Shown here: positions 6,840 to 16,469 of the stretch, piece by piece
Position numbering within the stretch: position 1 is the first letter of the stretch
Layout of the letters: every line of letters begins with the position of its first letter
Assembly (NCBI GenBank): GCA_032153715.1
Contig: JALDYR010000004.1
Location: forward strand, 1,140-65,139
Length of the DNA stretch: 64,000 nucleotides
Direction: 5' to 3'
Origin: Candidatus Saccharimonadota bacterium
GTDB lineage: Bacteria > Patescibacteriota > Saccharimonadia > Saccharimonadales > Saccharimonadaceae
Translations under genes and position numbers: made by a program
Notes under the pieces: model-generated
Told to the model about the DNA's origin: nothing
Seen by the model: only the letters and a program-made list of their open reading frames with translations
Databases searched by the model: none

Positions 6840-7910
6840 ATGGCAAATGCCGCAATAACAATGGATGACTTGCTCGCAAACAGCGACGCAACAGTCAAAC
6901 AGCTAACAGCAGGAGAGGTAATTACAGGTACTGTACTTACTCTCAAGAAGCACGAGGTTCTTATTGATCTTGGTGCACAAGGGGTTGGATTCGTTCCACG
7001 CCGCGAGGTAGGTTTTTCTCGCGCCCTGAAAGAAGGTGATGAAGTCACGGCAAGTGTCGTTGACGCAGAGCTCGACAACGGTTACTCACTGCTTTCACTA
7101 CGAAAAGCAGCAAAGGATCGCGGTTGGGAAGAAGTTGCCGCAAAACAAGAGAGCGGAGATATTATCGAAGTTTCTCCATATGATGCAAACCGTGGTGGTC
7201 TGCTTGTTGAATACGAAGGTGTTCGCGGCTTCCTCCCAGTGTCACAGCTTTCTGCTGAACACTACCCACGCGTTGGTTCAAGCGACAAGGATGAAATCCT
7301 GCAGCGTTTGAACGCACTCATTGGTCAGTCACTGAAGGTACGTATCCTTGACAGCGACCGCAAAGCAAACAAGCTGATCTTTAGCGAAAAAGAAGCGATT
7401 AAAGATGGTCTTGCAGAGCGATTTGAGAAGCTTGCAATTGGCGATAAGGTAAAGGGTGTCGTAACTGGCGTCGTTGACTTTGGTGTCTTTGTAAACGTCG
7501 AAGGAATCGAAGGTTTGGTTCACATCTCAGAAATTAGCTGGGAACGTGTTAACAGCCCAGGTGACTACGTGAAGGTTGGTGATACCATCGAAGCGAAAAT
7601 CATCTCGATTGATAAAGATCGTCTTAGCCTTTCAATCAAGCAGTTGTCTCAGGATCCATGGCTTGATGAGGTTGAGCAGTTTAAGCCAGGTACTGACGTT
7701 GAAGGTACAGTGACGCGAATCACGCCATTTGGTGCCTTCGTGCAGATCAGCCCAGCGGTTGAAGCACTGGTTCACGTGAGCGAACTTGGTGAAGGTGACA
7801 ACGTCGACCCTGAAAAGGTCTTTACGCTCAACGAGCGCAAGAGCTTTGTTGTGCTTGATGTTGACAAGGATAATCGTAAGATTTCCCTGAGCCTCGGCAA
7901 AAAGAAATAA
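6840..7910 (+). CDS. rpsA: 30S ribosomal protein S1 (four S1 domains)
   Basis: Repeated S1-domain pattern (G..V.G.V......G.FV.....G..G..H.SE). SD sequence AAGGAAGGAG. Confidence 0.9.
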   Translation: MANAAITMDDLLANSDATVKQLTAGEVITGTVLTLKKHEVLIDLGAQGVGFVPRREVGFSRALKEGDEVTASVVDAELDNGYSLLSLRKAAKDRGWEEVAAKQESGDIIEVSPYDANRGGLLVEYEGVRGFLPVSQLSAEHYPRVGSSDKDEILQRLNALIGQSLKVRILDSDRKANKLIFSEKEAIKDGLAERFEKLAIGDKVKGVVTGVVDFGVFVNVEGIEGLVHISEISWERVNSPGDYVKVGDTIEAKIISIDKDRLSLSIKQLSQDPWLDEVEQFKPGTDVEGTVTRITPFGAFVQISPAVEALVHVSELGEGDNVDPEKVFTLNERKSFVVLDVDKDNRKISLSLGKKK

Positions 7911-7992
7911 AGTAAGTTACAAAACGACGTAACTTGTACGTTAATTGCCGCCGTCTTATGACGCGTTTCGGCAGGAAGGAGTTAAATAAGTC

Positions 7993-9762
7993 ATGGCAGA
8001 GAAAGTAGTTGTTGTCTCGGACTCAATTACCGTCGGCGAACTGGCTGAAACGCTCAATTTGCCTGTTACGACGCTGATTGGTGAGCTGTTTAAGAATGGT
8101 ATTGTTGCCACAATTAACCAGCGCATCGATTTTGAGACGGCGCAAATTATCGTAGAAGAGCTTGGCCTCGATGTTGAGATTCAGAAGAAAGAGTCAGTGG
8201 CGGCACCGGGTCGTCCTGTTCACGAATTGAGTGAGAACGCCGTTGATCGCCCGCCAATCGTCGCGGTGATGGGGCATGTTGACCACGGCAAGACGAGCTT
8301 GCTAGATGCGATTTTGGAAACAAAAGCGGTTGAGGGTGAAGCTGGTGGTATTACGCAGCACATTAGCGCGTACCAGACGGTTCGAAAAAACCGTTCAATC
8401 ACTTTGCTTGATACACCTGGACACGAAGCCTTTGCGGCACTTCGCCAGCACGGCGCAACGTTGACAGACGTCGTGGTGATCGTGGTAGCAGCAGACGACG
8501 GCGTCAAGCCGCAGACAATTGAAGCGATTCGCTTTGCACAAAATGCCAACGCAAAGATTGTTGTTGCAATCAACAAGATTGATAAAGAAACCGCCAACCC
8601 GCAGCTCGTAAAGACGCAGCTTGCCACCGAACATAATTTGAACCCAGAAGAGTGGGGCGGTAGCACGGTGATGGTGGAAGTCAGCGCGAAAACTGGCCAA
8701 GGTATCGATAAGCTGCTTGATATGGTCCTGCTTGTTGCTGACCTCGAAGAGCTCAAGGCGGACGTTGACGTGCCAGCTGAGGGTCTCGTGATTGAATCAC
8801 ACATGGAAACTGGCAAGGGTTCAGTCGTAGGACTACTCGTCGAGCAGGGTGAGCTAAAGCCTGGTCATTTCTTAGTGGCAGGGACAGCTTATGGGAAGGT
8901 CCGTACGCTCCTTGATTTTAAGGGTAAGTCACTCAAATTAGCTGGTCCATCAACCCCAGTAACGGTGACTGGCTTTAAGGAATTGCCACAATTTGGCGAT
9001 GTCTTTACGATCGTAAAGAGTGAAAAGCTCGCTCGCCAAGCAACTGAACAAGCGCGCATTGAGCGTGAGCGTGATGCGGCAAGTACGAACGTGACTGGTG
9101 CTGACCTCCTCAAGATGATGAATCAAAAGCACGAAAGCCAAGACCTTAACGTGATCGTGAAGGCGGACGTTCAGGGCTCACTAACTTCTGTCATGGATAG
9201 TTTGCGTCTGGTTGATACTGATGGCGAGATTACCCTTCGTATCATTGGATCAGGCGTTGGTAATATTTCCGAAAACGATATTCGCTTAGCGGCTGATGAG
9301 AATACAATCATCTATGGCTTTAACGTTGAATTGCCACCAGCAGTGAAGCGCCTTGCAATGCGTGATAAGGTGCAGGTGCGAATCTATAAAGTTATTTATG
9401 AACTCCTTGATGACGCGCGCCAGTCAATGGAATCAATGCTAGCGCCAGAAGTGGTTGAAAATGAAATCGGCAACCTGACAATTAAGGGTGTCTTCCGTAC
9501 ACTGAAGGACGAAGTGATTGCTGGCGGTGAAGTCACTGGTGGTAAAGCAGTGCCAAATGTCCTTGCTCGCGTTAGGCGTGGTGATCAGCAGATTGCTGAA
9601 GTGGAAGTCACAAAGGTTCAGCGTCAACAGCAAGAAGCAAAAGAAGTCTTCGAGGGTGAATTATGTGGCCTTAGCCTAAAGACGACGAAGAAATTGCTTA
9701 TCGAAGAGGGTGATAAGATCGAGTTCTTCACCCGTGAATTAGTCAAGCGTACGCTAAGCTAG
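7993..9762 (+). CDS. infB: Translation initiation factor IF-2 (short form, 589 aa)
   Basis: G-domain motifs GHVDHGKTSLLD, DTPGH, NKID. IF2_N-like N-terminus. Confidence 0.95.
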   Translation: MAEKVVVVSDSITVGELAETLNLPVTTLIGELFKNGIVATINQRIDFETAQIIVEELGLDVEIQKKESVAAPGRPVHELSENAVDRPPIVAVMGHVDHGKTSLLDAILETKAVEGEAGGITQHISAYQTVRKNRSITLLDTPGHEAFAALRQHGATLTDVVVIVVAADDGVKPQTIEAIRFAQNANAKIVVAINKIDKETANPQLVKTQLATEHNLNPEEWGGSTVMVEVSAKTGQGIDKLLDMVLLVADLEELKADVDVPAEGLVIESHMETGKGSVVGLLVEQGELKPGHFLVAGTAYGKVRTLLDFKGKSLKLAGPSTPVTVTGFKELPQFGDVFTIVKSEKLARQATEQARIERERDAASTNVTGADLLKMMNQKHESQDLNVIVKADVQGSLTSVMDSLRLVDTDGEITLRIIGSGVGNISENDIRLAADENTIIYGFNVELPPAVKRLAMRDKVQVRIYKVIYELLDDARQSMESMLAPEVVENEIGNLTIKGVFRTLKDEVIAGGEVTGGKAVPNVLARVRRGDQQIAEVEVTKVQRQQQEAKEVFEGELCGLSLKTTKKLLIEEGDKIEFFTRELVKRTLS

Positions 9763-9838
9763 GAGCTGTTAAAAAACAAAAAACATAACCGTGCTATACT
9801 ATAGATACTAGTACTAACGCGGCATTATAGGAGAAAAA

Positions 9839-10270
9839 ATGTTTCAACTAGACGATAAATTCTTAGCCGATATCGGCCTTAACGACCTGCCCGACGATCA
9901 GAAACAAGCTTTTTTGCAGCATATTTACGATGAGCTTGAACTGCGCGTTGGCACGAAACTGTCTGATGGGTTGAGTGATGCTCAGCTGGAGCAGTTTGAG
10001 AAGATTATTGATCGCGACCAAGCGACAATTGATAGTTGGGTGGCGCAGTATGCCCCCGATTATCATAATGACGAGGCGTTTGCCCGTATCCAGCAGGCAA
10101 CAAAACTTGATGTTAATGATCCAAGTTTGAAGGCAGAGTACGTGGCCACAAAGTGGCTAGAAGTTAATCGCCCTGATTACCGTCAGGTTGTCGCGCAAGT
10201 TCTCGATGAACTAAAGAAAGAGATTATCACCAATAAGGATGCAATCCTTGGTGGTGATCAAGCGGCGTAG
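9839..10270 (+). CDS. Acidic hypothetical protein
   Basis: 143-aa ORF preceded by the SD sequence TAGGAGAA. No motif recognised. Confidence 0.6.
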   Translation: MFQLDDKFLADIGLNDLPDDQKQAFLQHIYDELELRVGTKLSDGLSDAQLEQFEKIIDRDQATIDSWVAQYAPDYHNDEAFARIQQATKLDVNDPSLKAEYVATKWLEVNRPDYRQVVAQVLDELKKEIITNKDAILGGDQAA

Positions 10271-11145
10271 CCGTTAGTGAATGATTGGGCGCTCATACGG
10301 CGTCCATTTGGCGCAATTAACTCATCAATCACAAGATAGTGACCATCGACACACTGCACCTCAAGCGGTGTGTTTTTGGTTGTGGCAACATGTGCGGCGG
10401 TAATTATGCATAGATGGCCGACAAGCAGTAGTTTACTTTTTGGAAAGGCGAGGTGAGCACGAATGCGTCGTTCAGCCTCGCTAGCTGTCAGGGCTGTTGG
10501 ATCGAGGATACTCTCTGTTTTTTGAAGTAGGCTGCAATAAACGGCCTTTGTGTCATCTTGAGGTGTTGGTTTGCAGTCGCCAGATATAATGCGAGGCAAG
10601 GTCTCAAGGAGGAGCTCAGTACCCTCTTGGGCAAGTGTTACGTAGAGCTCTGGCTGTGTTTCGGTATGATCCAAGGGGTGTGTTGATTGCATGTAGACAG
10701 GACCGGCGTCCATAGCGCTGGAGAGTTGCATAATAGAGACGCCAGTTTGCGTATCGCCGTTTTTAATCGCCGACTCGATCGGTGAAGGGCCACGGTAGAG
10801 TGGCAGGAGTGATGGATGGACGTTAACGATGCCTGGGCTAAAGAGATCGATAATTGACTGCGGAATGATCTTACCGTAGCTTACGAGCACCCCGGCGGGA
10901 TTGCTAAGTGCGCGGATATCGTCAGCGATGTCGCTTAGTTTTGTCGGCTGCCAGACGGGAATGTTGTGCTGCTCGGCAAGGACCTTAACGCTTGGCGGGG
11001 TGAGGCGCTGGCCGCGTCCCTTTTTGCTATCTGGTTTAGTAACGACTGCGGCAATAATATAGCCTGCGTCAATCAAGCCGGCAAGGGCAGTGAGGCTAAA
11101 ATCCTCAGTCCCAAAGAATACTATTGTCTTTGATGTCGGTGTCAT
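10258..11145 (-). CDS. fmt: Methionyl-tRNA formyltransferase
   Basis: KTIVFFGTEDFS N-terminus and the HPSLLPLYRGPSPI motif. The start was moved to MTPTSK (ATG at 11145), because the ORF-track extension overlaps def. Confidence 0.9.
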   Translation of the reverse strand: MTPTSKTIVFFGTEDFSLTALAGLIDAGYIIAAVVTKPDSKKGRGQRLTPPSVKVLAEQHNIPVWQPTKLSDIADDIRALSNPAGVLVSYGKIIPQSIIDLFSPGIVNVHPSLLPLYRGPSPIESAIKNGDTQTGVSIMQLSSAMDAGPVYMQSTHPLDHTETQPELYVTLAQEGTELLLETLPRIISGDCKPTPQDDTKAVYCSLLQKTESILDPTALTASEAERRIRAHLAFPKSKLLLVGHLCIITAAHVATTKNTPLEVQCVDGHYLVIDELIAPNGRRMSAQSFTNGYAA

Positions 11146-11680
11146 AGTCGAGAGGTTGTAGCTCGCCTTTCTCGTCGAGGGTGTAAAAAGCCTTTTTTTT
11201 GTCGCGGATGTGGTCAATGAAAACAATACCGTTTGTGTGATCAATTTCATGTTGAATGACGCGCGCGAGGAATCCTTCGGCTTTGAAGCGGACCTCGTTG
11301 CCTTCAAGGTCCATGGCTTTGATGCGGATTTTATTATAGCGAGGTACTTTGCCGTACACCTTGCTAACGCTCAGGCAGCCTTCGTAGTCCTCGATCAGTT
11401 GACCTTCATACTTCACGATTTCAGGGTTAATAAGGGGAGTGAAGTCACGAGCGTTTTTGTCATCAAAGTCGCTTCGAACAATGACGGCACGTTCGAGTTT
11501 GTCGACTTGAACAGCAGCAAGCGCGGCGCTAATCTCGTGGGGGCGTGAATCTTCCCAGTCTAAGGCGGCTGCGGTCATGTCGGCAATTAGTTGCTTGGTG
11601 TCGGTGGTGACAACGTGCACTTTGGCTGACTTTTCTCGCAAGTGCTCGTTAGGAAGTGTTATAATATCTTCTTTTTTCAT
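11105..11680 (-). CDS. def: Peptide deformylase
   Basis: Motifs EGCLS and QHEIDHTNG. Confidence 0.95.
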   Translation of the reverse strand: MKKEDIITLPNEHLREKSAKVHVVTTDTKQLIADMTAAALDWEDSRPHEISAALAAVQVDKLERAVIVRSDFDDKNARDFTPLINPEIVKYEGQLIEDYEGCLSVSKVYGKVPRYNKIRIKAMDLEGNEVRFKAEGFLARVIQHEIDHTNGIVFIDHIRDKKKAFYTLDEKGELQPLDYDTDIKDNSILWD

Positions 11681-11703
11681 TCACCTTAGTATACCAGGGG
11701 TAG

Positions 11704-13644
11704 CTACAGGAGGCTAGTGGGATCGAGTTCGAATTGCCAATGTTGGGCGGGGACGTGTTTGAGAATTGCAACAAGTTGACTGCGCTGCGGTGACTTCAGG
11801 ACGAGTTGCCAGCGATATGTATCGCGTTGTCGCTCGTAGAATGCCGGCGTTGGTCCAAGGATTTGCACATCCTGGCCGGCTTTGGCACGAAGTTCTTTGG
11901 CAAGCGTGCGCGCATTGCGAACGGCAGCAGCTTCGCTTTTGTAAACACAGGTTAATTTGAGGAGATAGGTAAACGGCGGGAAGTGGCTTCGCTGTCGTTC
12001 GGTGAGTGTGGTCTGGTAGAAGTGAGTGTAGTTTTGCGCTAGACCATCAACGACAGCCGGGTGGGTTGGTTGGTAAGACTGAACGACGACATTTGTCGCG
12101 TGATGTGACCGGCCGACACGACCAATGACCTGTGCGAGGAGCTGGAAGGTGCGTTCACTTGATCCATAATCGGGAAGACTCAAGCCAGCGTCGGCTTGAA
12201 TAACGCCAACCGTTCGTAGGTGGGGAAGGTCAAGACCCTTGGCGACGACCTGCGTGCCGATAATAAGATCAATGTCACCGTTGTATAGTTCTTTATATTT
12301 TTGCTCAACCGATTCGCCGGTTTCGCTATCGCCGTCAAAACGCATAATTGTTTTGTTCGGGAATAGTTTTCGTAGTTCAGACTCGATCAGTTTTGTGCCA
12401 ATACCCTTATGGATGATGTTGGCGTGGCGGCACTCGGGACAGCTTGTTGGAACCTTGTCAATCAGTCCGCAGATATGACAGCGGAGCTCATGATTGTCTG
12501 CATGAAGTGTCAGAGGAACAAAGCAACGAGGACAAGTGGCCGACCAGCCGCAATTTTCGCAGAGTGTCGAGCTGGCACTGCCGCGACGGTTGTGAAAAAT
12601 AAGCGCTTGCTTGCCCGAGGTAAATGTTTGTTCAAGTTGTTGAATTAATGTATCAGAAAGAAAGCGATGCTTTTTAAAGTGAGTTCGCTTAGTCATGTCG
12701 ACGAGGGTGATGTCGGGTGCGACCGTGTTTTCGCGGGCGCGCCGATCCATGCGGATGACTGGTCGGTCTGATGCTTGGGCGACGTAGTAGTCGGTGATGA
12801 GTGGTGTTGCACTGCCGATAATTACCTTTGCTGCATTGGCGTGAGCGAGGATGCTTGCTGCTCGAAGCGCTGAGTAACGAGGTGATTGTTCTTGTTTGAA
12901 GCTTGGTTCGTGGGCTTCATCAATAACGACAAGCCCAACATTCTTGAGAGGAAGGAAGAGGGCTGAGCGCGGACCGATAGCGATTCGAGGTGAGGCGCTG
13001 GTGAGCGCTTCACGCCAAGAAAGGTGGCGCTCGGCTTCGGTTTGACGCGAGTGGGTAAGGATGATGTCGTCAAAGTGATGCGAGAACTCATCAACTAATT
13101 GTGAGGTGAGGGCGATTTCGGGAACGAGAATGATCACAGATTTACCGGCAGCAAGGGTGCGTCGAGCTGCTTCAATATAGACCGCCGTCTTGCCTGATCC
13201 GGTGATGCCGTGAAGGAGTGCAGATCCATGTGTCATTGACTCGATTTGGGTAAGTGCCTCTGTTTGTTGACTATTGAACACAATAGTTGTTCGGTCTCGA
13301 AGGGGGGTGTTGGTGTTGGCTTGACGTACGCGACGCTTTTTTTGAAGGCCCCGAGGAAGGACAGTTTGAAGAACTGTTGCGAGGTGTGTGCCATAGTAGC
13401 TACTCATCCACTCTGCCAATTGGATGAGCGCGGCGGGGAGGGGTGTTTGTTCAACTAGATCGATGATTGGCTTGGTGTCGTAAGAAGGCTTTGTGACCGA
13501 CTTTATGACAACACCAATCAGATTCTTTTTACCAACCTCAATGACGACAATGTGGCCGGGGGTGAGTGGCGTTTCGGAAGCGTATGTAAAAGTCTCGCTT
13601 GTTGTGCGAACGATCTGATTTGGCGCCACCTCGTAATAGTGCAT
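11704..13644 (-). CDS. priA: Primosomal protein N' (PriA helicase)
   Basis: Walker A GITGSGKT, DEAH-like VIDEAHE, zinc-finger cluster CENCGW..CPRC...CHICG...CPEC. Start re-picked at MHYYEVAP (ATG at 13644). Confidence 0.9.
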   Translation of the reverse strand: MHYYEVAPNQIVRTTSETFTYASETPLTPGHIVVIEVGKKNLIGVVIKSVTKPSYDTKPIIDLVEQTPLPAALIQLAEWMSSYYGTHLATVLQTVLPRGLQKKRRVRQANTNTPLRDRTTIVFNSQQTEALTQIESMTHGSALLHGITGSGKTAVYIEAARRTLAAGKSVIILVPEIALTSQLVDEFSHHFDDIILTHSRQTEAERHLSWREALTSASPRIAIGPRSALFLPLKNVGLVVIDEAHEPSFKQEQSPRYSALRAASILAHANAAKVIIGSATPLITDYYVAQASDRPVIRMDRRARENTVAPDITLVDMTKRTHFKKHRFLSDTLIQQLEQTFTSGKQALIFHNRRGSASSTLCENCGWSATCPRCFVPLTLHADNHELRCHICGLIDKVPTSCPECRHANIIHKGIGTKLIESELRKLFPNKTIMRFDGDSETGESVEQKYKELYNGDIDLIIGTQVVAKGLDLPHLRTVGVIQADAGLSLPDYGSSERTFQLLAQVIGRVGRSHHATNVVVQSYQPTHPAVVDGLAQNYTHFYQTTLTERQRSHFPPFTYLLKLTCVYKSEAAAVRNARTLAKELRAKAGQDVQILGPTPAFYERQRDTYRWQLVLKSPQRSQLVAILKHVPAQHWQFELDPTSLL

Positions 13645-13667
13645 AGTTTCTATTATACTGTCTACAT

Positions 13668-14327
13668 ATGATGTATTTTCAAAGTCGTGCGATGGCTGGC
13701 CAGCTTCTTGCAGGTGAGCTCGTGCAAAAGTATCGCTACGAGAACTGTGTCGTTGTTGCGCTAAGTGACGGCGGTGTACAGGTTGGCGAGCAAATTGCAA
13801 CTGCCCTGCACTGTATTTTGACGATGCTTTTAATTGAGGGGATTGATATTCCGGGCGAGAGCATGCGCTTCGGTGCGGTTTCACAGTCTGGTAAATTTAC
13901 CTATAGTTCTGATTTATCGGGTAGTGAGGCGAGTGAATATGCGACGGAGTTTCATGGCTATCTTGAAGAGGCTAAGCGGGTGGCGTTTGGAAAAATTAAC
14001 CGTCTACTTGGTGATGGCGGTATCATCGATCACGATATGTTACGAGAGCATACGGTATTTTTAGTGGCAGATGGGCTTGATAATGTGTCGGTTCTGGACG
14101 TGGCGCTTGAATTTTTGAAACCAATTCACATCCAGCGACTTGTGGTTGTGGCGCCGGTGGCAGATGTGGCGGTGGTGGACAAGTTGCATATGTACGCCGA
14201 TGAGCTTCATATCCTTGACGTGAAGGCGAACTACATGGGGACGGATCACTATTTTGATCAAAATGACATCCCGTCGCACGAAGAGACGATTGCTAAGATC
14301 AACCAGATTGTATTGAACTGGAGGTAA
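13668..14327 (+). CDS. Phosphoribosyltransferase-like protein (degenerate PRPP loop)
   Basis: Overall pattern of predicted PRTases (F..R..AG..LA..L......VV.AL..GGV.V). The PRPP-loop position reads VFLVADGLDNVS rather than DDG(I/L)ATG. Confidence 0.5.
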   Translation: MMYFQSRAMAGQLLAGELVQKYRYENCVVVALSDGGVQVGEQIATALHCILTMLLIEGIDIPGESMRFGAVSQSGKFTYSSDLSGSEASEYATEFHGYLEEAKRVAFGKINRLLGDGGIIDHDMLREHTVFLVADGLDNVSVLDVALEFLKPIHIQRLVVVAPVADVAVVDKLHMYADELHILDVKANYMGTDHYFDQNDIPSHEETIAKINQIVLNWR

Positions 14328-14418
14328 GCTTTCATCTCAAAACACTCTTGTGAAATGTTGTAAGAAAGTGTAAGATAAGTAGTAACGAAGGCGACAGGTA
14401 TCGCGGTAAAGGGAGAGT

Positions 14419-14724
14419 ATGTTAGACGTTTTTATTACTTCGAGAGTGCGACGGAAAATTGTAGTGGTATATGCAAAGTATCCAGATTTTCGTACGCATG
14501 TTCGAGGACTTGCAAAGCTTATTAAGGAAGATCCGGGCAATATTCAGCGCGAATTGAAGCGTCTTGAAAAAGTCGGTTTCCTTGTGAGTGAAAAGCAGGG
14601 TAATACAAAAATCTACTCGACCAACAAGCAGTTCGTCATCTTTAAGGAGTTGCAAAGTATTGTGATTAAATCACAGCAGCAGTCAACTCGTCCAAAGCGC
14701 GCCTCTGCTGACGTTCAGCCGTAG
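14419..14724 (+). CDS. Winged-helix transcriptional regulator (ArsR/MarR-like wHTH)
   Basis: LAKLIKEDPGNIQRELKRLEKVGFLVSEKQGNTKIY has the HTH-plus-wing pattern. SD sequence AGGGAGAG. Confidence 0.6.
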   Translation: MLDVFITSRVRRKIVVVYAKYPDFRTHVRGLAKLIKEDPGNIQRELKRLEKVGFLVSEKQGNTKIYSTNKQFVIFKELQSIVIKSQQQSTRPKRASADVQP

Positions 14725-14732
14725 GTAGGCTA

Positions 14733-16424
14733 ATGAGCATCTTTGAGGAAATTTTAACCGCGCGCGGCCTTACTGGTCGGGCGCGTGATGCGTTCTTGAA
14801 CCCAAGTTATGATGCCAAGCATGATCCATTTTTGCTACCGGACATGCAAAAAGCGGTTGATCGATTGGTCGTTGCGCGGCAACGACGGGAAGCAATTACG
14901 ATTTACGGTGATTATGATATTGATGGTTTGACGGCGACGACCGTTCTGCTTGATGCACTTGAGCAATTTGGCTTCGAGCGCGTTGATGCCTTTATTCCAA
15001 ATCGTTTTGTTGAGGGCTATGGTCTGACGGTTGACGCGGTGGAGCGCATTGCGGCAACGGGCGCACAGCTGATCATCACGGTTGACTGCGGTAGCTTGAG
15101 TGAAAAAGAAATCGTTCGCGCCAACGAGCTTGGCGTCGATATTATCGTGACCGACCATCATAATGTCACACCCGTGCAGCCGCCAGCTATTGCGGTGATT
15201 AATCCAAAGCGATTACTACAAGATTATCCGGATGAGTACGACCATTATGTTTTAAAGTCGGATTCAAAACAGCAAGGCAAGATCTATCCGTTTCTTGACC
15301 TGGCCGGCGTAGGTGTAGCGTTTAAGCTCGTGCAGGCGCTGCAAACACGACTAGGCGGCATGGAGGCTGGGCAAGAAAAATGGCTGCTTGATTTAGTCGC
15401 GCTCGGCACAGTGTGTGATGTCGTGACGCTCGTTGATGAAAATCGCGCCAATGTGTACTGGGGGCTTAAGGTGCTATCAAAGACAAAACGACCTGGCCTG
15501 AAGGCATTGATGATGGTGGCGAACGTTGAGTCGGAAAAAGTGAATGCTCGCAGTCTTGGGTTTGGATTGGGGCCTCGTATGAACGCGGCCGGTCGACTTG
15601 AAACAGCGCAGCACTCACTGGATATGCTGCGCGCTAGTGAAGGGTTAGTGGCGCTTGAAAAAGCGCAGCAGCTTGATGCATTGAATATGGCGCGGCGGAG
15701 TGATCAAGATAAAATTTTCAAAGAAGCAATTGTCCAGGCCGAGCTATATAAAAACGATGACGTTTTGGTGGTTAGCGCGCCTGGCTGGAATCATGGAATT
15801 ATTGGCATCGTGGCGGCAAAGCTGCTGGAGAAGTATAAAAAGCCAGCTTATGTGCTGGAAGAAATGGACGACGAGGCAAAAGGCTCAGCGCGCAGTTATG
15901 GTGACTTTAGTGCGGCAGATGCAATCCGAGCGAGCGACGATATTATCACTAAAGGTGGCGGTCATAAACTTGCCGCTGGCGTGACATTGCCAACAGCGAA
16001 TATTCCGGCGTTTCGAGCGCGCGTGAATGAATTTTATCGATCACAAAAACTGTTTAATCAAGCAGCATTACTGTTGCCGAAAGCGGACGCTACTATTACA
16101 CAGCTTGCGAGCGTGAGTAGTCAGTTGCTGGACGAGCTGGCGTCACTTGAGCCATTTGGTAATGGCAACCCAGAGCCGATATTGTACATTGAGGGCGCAC
16201 TTGTCATGAACCAACGACGTATGGGTGCTGATGCGCAGCACGTGAAACTTGAGCTGCAAGATGCGCACAAGCAGTCGATGCAGTTTCTCGCGTTTAGCGC
16301 TCCCGAACACTTTTTTGCTGAACCTGGTGAGTACGTGTCGGTATGGTTTCAACCGACAGTCAATGAGTGGCAGGGACGACGGAGTGTCGAGGGTCGTTTA
16401 CTTCATCTTGAAAAGAGCAGCTGA
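14733..16424 (+). CDS. recJ: Single-stranded-DNA-specific exonuclease RecJ
   Basis: DHH motifs (IYGDYDIDG, ITVDCG, VTDHH) and the DHHA1 motif GGGHKLAAG. Confidence 0.9.
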   Translation: MSIFEEILTARGLTGRARDAFLNPSYDAKHDPFLLPDMQKAVDRLVVARQRREAITIYGDYDIDGLTATTVLLDALEQFGFERVDAFIPNRFVEGYGLTVDAVERIAATGAQLIITVDCGSLSEKEIVRANELGVDIIVTDHHNVTPVQPPAIAVINPKRLLQDYPDEYDHYVLKSDSKQQGKIYPFLDLAGVGVAFKLVQALQTRLGGMEAGQEKWLLDLVALGTVCDVVTLVDENRANVYWGLKVLSKTKRPGLKALMMVANVESEKVNARSLGFGLGPRMNAAGRLETAQHSLDMLRASEGLVALEKAQQLDALNMARRSDQDKIFKEAIVQAELYKNDDVLVVSAPGWNHGIIGIVAAKLLEKYKKPAYVLEEMDDEAKGSARSYGDFSAADAIRASDDIITKGGGHKLAAGVTLPTANIPAFRARVNEFYRSQKLFNQAALLLPKADATITQLASVSSQLLDELASLEPFGNGNPEPILYIEGALVMNQRRMGADAQHVKLELQDAHKQSMQFLAFSAPEHFFAEPGEYVSVWFQPTVNEWQGRRSVEGRLLHLEKSS

Positions 16425-16469
16425 GACGTTGCCTATTCCGAAGCATTAGTGCTATAAATAATAGTAATT

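Noticed and set aside
8220-8816. 198-aa antisense ORF inside infB (also 8395..8700)
   Set aside because: Same reasoning. The S/T/A/C-rich low-information translation lies opposite the IF-2 G domain.
11146-11307. N-terminal extension of fmt
   Set aside because: The extension overlaps the def C-terminus. The canonical Fmt N-terminus (KTIVFFGT) begins right after ATG 11145.
13645-13884. N-terminal extension of priA
   Set aside because: It overlaps the divergent PRTase-like gene. The PriA N-terminal domain starts at MHYYEVAP.
16236-16251. parS-like sequence GCAGCACGTGAAACTT inside recJ
   Set aside because: Only the right half matches TGTTNCACGTGAAACA. It is not palindromic and it is intragenic. 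No convincing parS was found near parAB in this window.
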